From positions 1-53,800 of the forward strand of contig JAPYOC010000073.1 in assembly GCA_028278955.1 (NCBI GenBank): 53,800 nt of DNA. The letters run 5' to 3'. A model generated the notes under the pieces. It ran no database searches. It saw nothing but the letters and a program-made list of their open reading frames with translations, and was not told the origin of the DNA. Positions 47,242-53,800 of the stretch are shown one piece after another; the first letter of the stretch is position 1; the number at the start of each line of letters is the position of its first letter. The translations under genes and the position numbers were made by a program. This stretch comes from Candidatus Poriferisocius aerobius. GTDB lineage: Bacteria > Actinomycetota > Acidimicrobiia > Acidimicrobiales > Bin134.

Positions 47242-47364
47242 GTCGGCTCCCTCGGTGTTGCGGCCCGCCGGGCGAGGTCGTCCCCTCGGGCGGTTGGATA
47301 TGAATGCTGTTTTCGTGCCTGGGGTTTCGTGCCTGGGGCGGCTACCCCACAGTGCTTGGAGTGG

Positions 47365-47790
47365 CTACGCCACTTTGATGCCCATGCTGCGGGCGGTTCC
47401 GGCCACCTGAAGCTTGGCCTGCTCGAGGTCGTCGGTGTTGAGGTCGGGCATCTTGGCCTGGGCGATCTCCGCGCACTGGGCGTCGGTGATGGTGCCGACC
47501 ACGTCGCGGCCCGGCTCCGTCGACCCCTTCTCCAGTCCGGCTGCTTCTCGGATGAGAAAGGATGTGGGCGGAGTCTTGGTGATGAATGTGAACGTCCGAT
47601 CCTCGTAGATGGTGATCTCCACCGGGATGATCTGACCCCGCTTGTCCTCGGTCTTGGCGTTGTAGTCCCGGCAGAAGTCCATGATGGCAACGCCGTGGGG
47701 GCCGAGTGCAGTGCCCACCGGCGGCGCAGGGGTGGCCTGGCCAGCGGAGATCTGGATTTTGATGGTGGTGGCCACCTTCTTTTGGGCCAT
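47365..47790 (-). CDS. rplK: 50S ribosomal protein L11
   Basis: [25 protein letters not shown]. Confidence 0.95.
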   Translation of the reverse strand: MAQKKVATTIKIQISAGQATPAPPVGTALGPHGVAIMDFCRDYNAKTEDKRGQIIPVEITIYEDRTFTFITKTPPTSFLIREAAGLEKGSTEPGRDVVGTITDAQCAEIAQAKMPDLNTDDLEQAKLQVAGTARSMGIKVA

Positions 47791-47817
47791 GGCTGGTTTC
47801 CTTCCGGCTTGGTCTTG

Positions 47818-48630
47818 CTACAGCTTGGCGACTTGGGAGAATTCGAGCTCGACGGGAGTCTCCCGGCCGAAGATGTTCACCAACACCTTCACCTTGAGCT
47901 GGTCCTCGTTGACTTCGGCCACCTCGCCGGAGAAGTCGGCGAACGGCCCTTCCTTGACCCGGATGGTCTCTCCCACTTCGTAGAGCAGGCGGGGCTTGGT
48001 GCGCCGGACGGCCGGCTCGCCGTCGCTTTTGACTTGGAGGAAGTTCTCCACGTCCTTGCGCTTCAGGGGCGATGGCCTGCTGCCCCGTCGTCCGTGGCCC
48101 ACAAAGCCGGTCACGCCGGGGGTGTTGCGGATCACGTCCCAGGAGATGTCGTTCATCTCGGCGCGAACCAGCAGATAGCCCGGGAACATCTTCTTTTTGG
48201 CGGTGACCTTCTTGCCGGCCTTGAACTCCACCACGTCCTCCATGGGGATGACGGTCTCGTGGATGTGGCTCTGCATGTCCATGGTCCTGCGCCGGGCTTC
48301 GATGTTCTGCTGAACCTTGTTCTCATAGCCCGACTGGGTGTGGACCACGTACCACTTGCCCGGCATGTCGTAGGGGCTGATGGTGGCAACCTCTTCTTCG
48401 GCCTTCTCGTACACCAGCTCTTCGGCGTCCACGACCTCGGTCGCGTCTGTCGACCGGCTGCTGGCCCTGGAAGGCTCCCCGGCGTCGGCACCGGACGAGG
48501 CACCGGGGCCGGTGGGCAGCAGGGCAGCCGCAGCCTCGGCGGCGTCCACCGCCTCGGATTCCGGCGCAACCTCGTCAGGGGTGGTGGGGAACAGGTCTGT
48601 CATCTCGGATTCGCCTATCGCAGAGTTCAT
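47818..48630 (-). CDS. nusG: transcription termination/antitermination factor NusG (acidic N-terminal extension)
   Basis: [14 protein letters not shown] (NGN domain) and C-terminal KOW domain. The ATG at 48630 overlaps the secE stop (ATGA); ATG 48603 is an alternative. Confidence 0.9.
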   Translation of the reverse strand: MNSAIGESEMTDLFPTTPDEVAPESEAVDAAEAAAALLPTGPGASSGADAGEPSRASSRSTDATEVVDAEELVYEKAEEEVATISPYDMPGKWYVVHTQSGYENKVQQNIEARRRTMDMQSHIHETVIPMEDVVEFKAGKKVTAKKKMFPGYLLVRAEMNDISWDVIRNTPGVTGFVGHGRRGSRPSPLKRKDVENFLQVKSDGEPAVRRTKPRLLYEVGETIRVKEGPFADFSGEVAEVNEDQLKVKVLVNIFGRETPVELEFSQVAKL

Positions 48631-48932
48631 CGATCGAACAACTTCAGGATGGCCTCGCTGAATCCCCAGTCGAGCAGGCCGATGGCCGCGGTGAGCAGCA
48701 CCAGAACCACCAGCACCACGATGGAGTAGTTGACCACTTCCTCGCGCCTCGGCCACGACACTTTGCGGAGCTCGCCTCTGACCTCGCGTAAGAACTGGGC
48801 CGGGCCCACCCGCTCTTCGCCGGGCCGAGGTTGGTTGCGGGCCTGGCGGCGGTCGCGGACCGGTGTGCCTTCTTCGTCAACGAAGCCCTGCCTCTTGGCC
48901 ATTCTCTTCTGTTGTCTGTTCAAGTCGGTCAT
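48627..48932 (-). CDS. secE: preprotein translocase subunit SecE
   Basis: An internal ATG gives [23 protein letters not shown] plus one C-terminal TM helix. The longer ORF would overlap tRNA-Trp. Confidence 0.88.
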   Translation of the reverse strand: MTDLNRQQKRMAKRQGFVDEEGTPVRDRRQARNQPRPGEERVGPAQFLREVRGELRKVSWPRREEVVNYSIVVLVVLVLLTAAIGLLDWGFSEAILKLFDR

Positions 48933-48977
48933 GGTGGTTCCAGTGCGCCCGGCACTACGGAGATGGGATCGCTTGCG

Positions 48978-49050
48978 CAGGGCAGGAGGGACTCGAACCC
49001 CCAACCGCCGGTTTTGGAGACCGGTGCTCTACCAATTGAGCCACTGCCCT
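48978..49050 (-). tRNA. tRNA-Trp (anticodon CCA)
   Basis: Hand-folded. Acceptor stem AGGGCAG/CTGCCCT, anticodon loop CUCCAAA, T-loop GGTTCGAGTCC. No encoded CCA. Canonical position upstream of secE. Confidence 0.9.
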
Positions 49051-49121
49051 TCGTTCGCCAGGGGCAAGGCTACCGTGCCGACGCCTGCCATCCGCAATAC
49101 AAAACTGCGGAGCGAGGCACG

Positions 49122-49304
49122 CTACCGGCGGGATCGGCGGCGGAAGACAACGGTGATGGCGGCCAGGGTGGTCGCGGCCAGAAAGCGCCTGACGTTCTGG
49201 CGGCGTCGGTCGTACTGATCCAGCCGGGCCATGACCTTCCACACCAGAGTGGGCGGCGCCTCGGTTGGGGGCCGACGGCGCAAGGGCTGGGTGGCGTCTC
49301 TCAT
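49122..49304 (-). CDS. small membrane-anchored protein downstream of the ECF sigma gene (possible anti-sigma factor)
   Basis: 60 aa starting MRDATQPL..., with one hydrophobic helix FLAATTLAAITVVF. It begins 10 bp after the sigma stop. It has no zf-HC2 motif, so the call rests on position only. Confidence 0.35.
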   Translation of the reverse strand: MRDATQPLRRRPPTEAPPTLVWKVMARLDQYDRRRQNVRRFLAATTLAAITVVFRRRSRR

Positions 49305-49314
49305 GGCACGGTTT

Positions 49315-49710
49315 TCATTGCACGGCCCGGAGCTTCTGACGGGCTCGATGAAGCCGGACTTTGGCCGCCGATGTGGTGATGCCCAACTCGGTGGCGATCT
49401 CGCTGTGGGAGAGGTCGTGCAGGTCGCGTAACACCACCACTTGGCGCAGCCGCTCGGGCAGCGCCCGGATCGCCCGGTCGATGTGCTGGCGCAGCACGGC
49501 CGCCTCGGCTCGCAGGGTCGGGTCCTGCTCGGGCCGCACATCGGCAATAGGGGCATCGTCGCTCAGCTCTTCGGTGCGCTGGCGCGACCGGCGGCTCAAA
49601 TGGGTCGATGCGCAGTTGCTGGTGATGCGGTACATCCACGTGGAGAAGCTGGAGTCGCCCCGAAAGCGGCGAATGGCGCGGTAGGCCCGGACATAGGCGT
49701 CTTGCACCAC
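49315..49710 (-). CDS. ECF-type RNA polymerase sigma-70 family factor (as called, lacks region 2.1/2.2)
   Basis: Region 2 (DVVQDAYVRAYRAIRRF..FSTWMYRIT) and region 4 (LRDLHDLSHSEIATELGITTSAAKVRLHRAR). Clear sigma homology continues upstream in frame to 49884, a stretch without any ATG, GTG or TTG. Confidence 0.8.
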   Translation of the reverse strand: MVQDAYVRAYRAIRRFRGDSSFSTWMYRITSNCASTHLSRRSRQRTEELSDDAPIADVRPEQDPTLRAEAAVLRQHIDRAIRALPERLRQVVVLRDLHDLSHSEIATELGITTSAAKVRLHRARQKLRAVQ

Positions 49711-49926
49711 GTCGCCGGCGTCGTGCTGATTGCCGGTGAGCCGGTAGGCCAGCGCGTAGATGTCCCGATAGGTAACCCGGACCAGCTCGTTGAACGCGTC
49801 GCGGTCGCCGCGGCGGGCGGCTTCTACCAGCGCGGCGTCCTCGGCCGCCGGCTCACGAGATACTGCGGAAGCGATGGAACCACGCTACATCTGACGGTGT
49901 CCGGGGCGAAAGGGGGATGGGCGGGG

Positions 49927-50003
49927 TGGTAGCGGCGGCCAGACTCGAACTGGCGACCTCTCGATTATGAGTCGAGCGCTCTTACCGACTGAGCTACGCC
50001 GCC
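49927..50003 (-). tRNA. tRNA-Met (anticodon CAT, elongator type), CCA encoded
   Basis: The minus strand reads GGCGGCGTAGCTCAGTCGGTAAGAGCG..CTCATAA..GGTCGCCAGTTCGAGTCTGGCCGCCGCTACCA. The anticodon stem has no GGG/CCC run, so it is not an initiator tRNA. Confidence 0.9.
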
Positions 50004-50044
50004 CCGGGGCCTGTCGGCGGCCTGATGCCGTCAAGGTGGCCCTG

Positions 50045-50117
50045 AGCCTCCTGAGAGAATCGAACTCTCGACCTTTTCCTTACCATGGAAACGCTCTGCC
50101 GACTGAGCTAAGGAGGC
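50045..50117 (-). tRNA. tRNA-Thr (anticodon GGT)
   Basis: The minus strand reads GCCTCCTTAGCTCAGTCGGCAGAGCGTTTCCATGGTAAGGAAA..GAGAGTTCGATTCTCTCAGGAGGCT. Confidence 0.9.
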
Positions 50118-50192
50118 GGGATGGGGAATCTACCCCGTTTTCAGACCAATATTGCCATCCAATGCCGGCGGCGGGAAAGCCAGAATTGGGGG

Positions 50193-50735
50193 GTGACGAA
50201 CGATACGGTGTTGCCTGCGATCATTCGAGCAGCCCGGTTGGCTGACGCCGAGGGCATTCGTCGGATCTACAACCACGAAGTGCTGAACGGAACCAGCACC
50301 TTCGACATCGAACCCCGGTCGCTGGTCGCGCAGCAAGCCTGGTTGGAAGGCCGCAGCGGTGTCCACGCGGTGCTGGTGGCCACGCCCGTCGGCGACGACA
50401 CCGTGCTCGGATACGCCGCCCTGTCGCCCTTCCACGCTCGGCCGGCCTACAACGCCACGGTGGAGAACTCGGTGTACGTCCACGCGGACCACCGGGGCCA
50501 GGGAATCGGCCGGGTGCTGTTGGCCGAGATGATCGGGCGGGCCCAGAGCCACGGTTTTCACACCGTGATCGCCCGCGTTTCCGGGGACAACGAGGCATCG
50601 GTCGCCCTCCACCGCTCCACAGGCTTCCGGTTGGTCGGCACCGAGCGCGAGGTGGGCCGCAAATTCGGCCGCTGGGTAGACGTGACCGTGATGCAGCTCA
50701 TGCTGCGCGACTGGAACAGGCCGGGGTCGCCCTAG
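50193..50735 (+). CDS. GNAT family N-acetyltransferase (phosphinothricin / methionine-sulfoximine acetyltransferase-like)
   Basis: IRAARLADAEGIRRIYNHEV..VYVHADHRGQGIGRVLL..HRSTGFRLVG. The ORF-track start at 50121 abuts tRNA-Thr, so I prefer the GTG at 50193. Confidence 0.8.
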   Translation: MTNDTVLPAIIRAARLADAEGIRRIYNHEVLNGTSTFDIEPRSLVAQQAWLEGRSGVHAVLVATPVGDDTVLGYAALSPFHARPAYNATVENSVYVHADHRGQGIGRVLLAEMIGRAQSHGFHTVIARVSGDNEASVALHRSTGFRLVGTEREVGRKFGRWVDVTVMQLMLRDWNRPGSP

Positions 50736-50822
50736 TGGGCCAGAAGCTGTCTCGTTCTTTCAGCCACCTTGTCGACCTCTCGGGCTTGTTCTGAGAGGCA
50801 TGTGGATGACCGGAGGGTTTAC

Positions 50823-50851
50823 GGGGTCGCTTCGTTTCGCAAGACGACCCC
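50823..50851. terminator. hairpin between the convergent GNAT and hsdR genes (bidirectional terminator candidate)
   Basis: GGGGTCG..CGACCCC is a 7-bp stem that can extend by ~3 more pairs. It sits in the 150-bp convergent gap and has weak T-tracts. Confidence 0.3.
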
Positions 50852-50885
50852 TCCATTCGGCAAAGTCCACGATCATGGGCAGAAC

Positions 50886-53800
50886 CTATCCGCAGGGTGC
50901 GACAGAAGGTCCCGCCGCCTGCTGGGCGGTCACGGTTTGGTAGATGCCCTTGGCCAGCGCGGCGAACACGATTTCTCTGAAATCGGGGTCGTTGAGGCAT
51001 CGTTTGACGATTTCGTGGTTGTCGGCCATGCGCTCCACCATCAGCTTGGGCAGCTCCGGGCGGATGGCGAGATCGAACTTCTCGAAGGGGTTGGCCGCTG
51101 CGGTCTGGCCGATGTTCTCGTCGCCGGCGCCGTCTTGTTGCAGCTGCTCGAAGAACAGCCGATCTGACTCGTCGAAGGCCGTGCCGAAGCGGTCGTTGAG
51201 GTTGGCGATGATCTCCGAGAGCGGGGACTCGTCTTCTTCTGTACGGCCTGTGCCCACCTCGGTCGGACTCCGCACCGTTGTGTCGTCCTCGCCGAGGCCG
51301 ATGGCGCCGTTGGAGACGCGGTGGAGCCGGTAGTACTCCAGCTCGACGTCGTCTTCAAGGCTCAGCTGCTCGGCCCTGCCGTCGCGAAGGCTCGGCAGCA
51401 GTCCTCGGGCGAACGCGTGGAGCTGTTCCAGCTCGCTATCGGCGTAGGGGATGATCTGGCTGATGAACGCATAGAGCTTCACGAATGCCCCAAGCCGGTC
51501 GCGGAACCGGGCTTGCTTGTTCTCGTCGCGGTTGTGGAATCGGTCAACGGCGTGCCGAAGCTCCACCGCCAACATCGCATGGCCGCTCTTTTGGCGCTTG
51601 TCGAGTGGCTGGAAGTACACCCGCGCGAACCGCTCCACCTCGTCGTGGTGGTACACCTGCATCTCGTCGAGTTCGTGCTTGAGTTCGTCGAGCCGGTTCG
51701 GGTCTGATCGGGCTTCAAGCTGGGTCTGGTCGTAGTAGGGGGCGAAGGCCGCGCTGATGTCGGCGGGATCGTTGACGAAATCCAGCACGAACGGGTTGCT
51801 CTTGCCGGGAGCAACCCGGTTGAGGCGCGACAGCGTCTGCACCGCCTGAACCCCGTCGAGGCGCTTGTCGACGTACATCGCCTGCAACAACGGCTGATCG
51901 AAGCCGGTCTGGTACTTCTTAGCCACGAGCAGTATCTGGTAGTCGGGGGAGCCGAAGCGCGCCGGCAGCGCCGACTCGCTGATGGGCTTGCCGCTGGCGA
52001 TGTCGGTGTTCATGGCGGGCTCGGTGAAATCCTCGCCGGTGTCGGGGTCGGTCACGGTGCCGCTGAACGCCACCAGCGGACGGATGTCGGTGTAGCCCTT
52101 CTGGGCGATGTACTCCGCAAAGGCCTGCATGTAGCGCACGGCTTGGCGCCGCGAAGACGTGACCACCATCGCTTTGGCCTTGCCGCCCATGTGGTGTCTG
52201 ACGTTGGCGCGGAAGTGCTCGATGATCACCTCGGTCTTCTGGGCCAGGTTGTGGAGGTGGATCGCCGCAAATTTGCTCAGGGCCTTGGCGGCGCGGCGCT
52301 CCGGATACTCGGGGTCATCGGCGGCAGTGCTGGCGATCCGGTAGTAGGTGTCGTAGTCGGTGTAGTTCTCCAGCACATCGAGGATGAAACCTTCCTCGAT
52401 GGCCTGGCGCATGCTGTAGATGTGGAACGCCTCGGGTAGTCCGCTCAGGCCCGGGCGCCCGAAGAGTTCGATGGTCTTGCCTTTGGGGGTGGCGGTGAAG
52501 GCGAAGAACGACAGGTTCGGCTGCGGGCCGCGCGACTCAACGATTGCGTTCAGCCCGTCCTCCCAGTTTTCAAGGTTCTCCAACGCGGTGTGCGAGCGCT
52601 CACCTAGGACCTCTTTCATGGCGCGGGCGCTCTCCCCGGTCTGGCTGGAATGGGCCTCGTCCACGATCACCGCATACCGCCGCCCCGCGATCTTCTGGAC
52701 CCACTCGGTTGCCTGGGCCTGGTCGTGCTGGGAGGGCTCGTCGGGGGAGCTGGCCCCGGCTATGGACAGCAGGCCCTGCATCACGAACGGGAACTTCTGC
52801 AACGTGGTTATCACGATCTTGGTTCCGTCCACGAGGGCCTGGGCCAATTGCCTGGAGTCCTCGTCGATGGCCTGCACCACGCCCTGGGCGTGTTCGATTT
52901 GGTAGATGGCGTCTTGAAGCTGCCGGTCGAGCACCCGGCGGTCGGTGATGACCAGCACGCAGTCGAACACCTTGTCGTCGGCCTCGGTGTGCAAGCTCGC
53001 CAGCCGGTGCGACAGCCACGAGATGCTGTTGGTCTTCCCGCTGCCCGCCGAGTGTTGGATCAGATAGTTGTTGCCCGCTCCTTCTGTTCGGGCTGCTTCC
53101 ACCAGTCTGTTGACCGCATCGAGTTGGTGGTAGCGGGGGAACACCAACGTCTCTCGCCTCACGGTACGGGCACCGCTGTCGCCATAAACCTTTTCGTCTC
53201 GGCGCTCGACGAACACGTAGTGGCCCAAGATGCCGAGGAAGCGGGTGCGCTCGAGCACTTCCTGCCAGAAGTAGCCGGTGCGGTAGCCGCAGGGATGCTC
53301 CGGGTTGCCCGCACCGCACCTGATCTCGCCGGGTGCGCTGCCTCGGTTGAAAGGCAGGAATCGAGTCTCGTGCTTGGCTAGCCGCGTGGTCATGTGAACC
53401 TCGTCGGTGTCAGCGGCGAAATGCACCAGGGCGCGCTGGGAGAACTTGAACACCGGAGCGTTGGGGTCGCGGTCTTCTTTGTATTGGTGGACTGCGTCGC
53501 GCCACGTCTGCTCCGTCATCGGGTTCTTCAACTCGCAGGTGGCCACCGGCACCCCGTTGAGGGCGAAGAGCAGGTCGATGGTGTCGCCCTTGCCGGGATG
53601 GCAGCGGACCTGGCGGGTCACGGTGAGCTCGTTCAGCTCGAATTGTGCCACCGCCTCAGAGTTCAAGCCGTGAGCTGGTTTGAAGAACGCCAGACGCAGC
53701 ACCTTTCCCTGGAACTTGAACCCCTGGCGCAAAACCCCGAGCGTGCCCTTGATGTCGAGCTGCTTCACCAACTGGTCTACAACCATCGATTCCAAGCTCT
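50886..53800 (-). CDS. hsdR: type I restriction enzyme R subunit (HsdR), N-terminus beyond the window
   Basis: Nuclease motif DLLFALNGVPVATCELKNP (D..ExK). SF2 helicase motifs QHSAGSGKT, VIVDEAHSSQ and FTATP. The frame remains open to position 53800. Confidence 0.88.
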   Translation of the reverse strand, partial: SLESMVVDQLVKQLDIKGTLGVLRQGFKFQGKVLRLAFFKPAHGLNSEAVAQFELNELTVTRQVRCHPGKGDTIDLLFALNGVPVATCELKNPMTEQTWRDAVHQYKEDRDPNAPVFKFSQRALVHFAADTDEVHMTTRLAKHETRFLPFNRGSAPGEIRCGAGNPEHPCGYRTGYFWQEVLERTRFLGILGHYVFVERRDEKVYGDSGARTVRRETLVFPRYHQLDAVNRLVEAARTEGAGNNYLIQHSAGSGKTNSISWLSHRLASLHTEADDKVFDCVLVITDRRVLDRQLQDAIYQIEHAQGVVQAIDEDSRQLAQALVDGTKIVITTLQKFPFVMQGLLSIAGASSPDEPSQHDQAQATEWVQKIAGRRYAVIVDEAHSSQTGESARAMKEVLGERSHTALENLENWEDGLNAIVESRGPQPNLSFFAFTATPKGKTIELFGRPGLSGLPEAFHIYSMRQAIEEGFILDVLENYTDYDTYYRIASTAADDPEYPERRAAKALSKFAAIHLHNLAQKTEVIIEHFRANVRHHMGGKAKAMVVTSSRRQAVRYMQAFAEYIAQKGYTDIRPLVAFSGTVTDPDTGEDFTEPAMNTDIASGKPISESALPARFGSPDYQILLVAKKYQTGFDQPLLQAMYVDKRLDGVQAVQTLSRLNRVAPGKSNPFVLDFVNDPADISAAFAPYYDQTQLEARSDPNRLDELKHELDEMQVYHHDEVERFARVYFQPLDKRQKSGHAMLAVELRHAVDRFHNRDENKQARFRDRLGAFVKLYAFISQIIPYADSELEQLHAFARGLLPSLRDGRAEQLSLEDDVELEYYRLHRVSNGAIGLGEDDTTVRSPTEVGTGRTEEDESPLSEIIANLNDRFGTAFDESDRLFFEQLQQDGAGDENIGQTAAANPFEKFDLAIRPELPKLMVERMADNHEIVKRCLNDPDFREIVFAALAKGIYQTVTAQQAAGPSVAPCG

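Overview
High-GC (about two-thirds G+C by eye) bacterial chromosome segment. Its synteny looks actinobacterial (rplQ-truA-rplM-rpsI-glmM-glmS-like-nnr-alr); that taxonomic call is an inference. Almost all of it is one minus-strand block of translation and transcription genes. Read in transcription order (right to left): tRNA-Thr, tRNA-Met, an ECF sigma pair, tRNA-Trp, secE-nusG, rplKA, rplJL, rpoBC, rpsLG-fusA-tuf-rpsJ, then a break, then rplC through rplQ (S10/spc/alpha clusters), truA, rplM-rpsI, glmM, a 990-aa GlmS-like gene, nnr and alr.

The main anomaly is that the normally invariant rpsJ-rplC adjacency is split by about 8.7 kb (24364-33019). The insert carries host-like genes (serB, tpx, an AI-2E permease) and two foreign-looking modules:
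- A low-GC cassette of three overlapping genes (25843-28123): two unknown proteins plus a ComEC-type MBL hydrolase. It is bounded by perfect 26-bp direct repeats that duplicate the 3' end of tpx. This is my best candidate for an undescribed system.
- A 1019-aa single-chain protein (28705-31764) that fuses a PD-ExK nuclease-like region, a gamma-type N6-adenine methyltransferase and a TaqI-like specificity domain. It has an internal GC dip.

Other notable points:
- A perfect in-frame 33-bp tandem duplication in the L12-binding helix region of rplJ.
- An ECF sigma gene whose ancestral ATG is followed directly by TAG.
- A head-to-head junction of two 5'-truncated genes near 530.
- A partial type I hsdR at the right edge, next to the tRNA cluster.

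No CRISPR array, rRNA, integrase or transposase was recognised. Many long ORFs in the track are antisense shadows of real genes.
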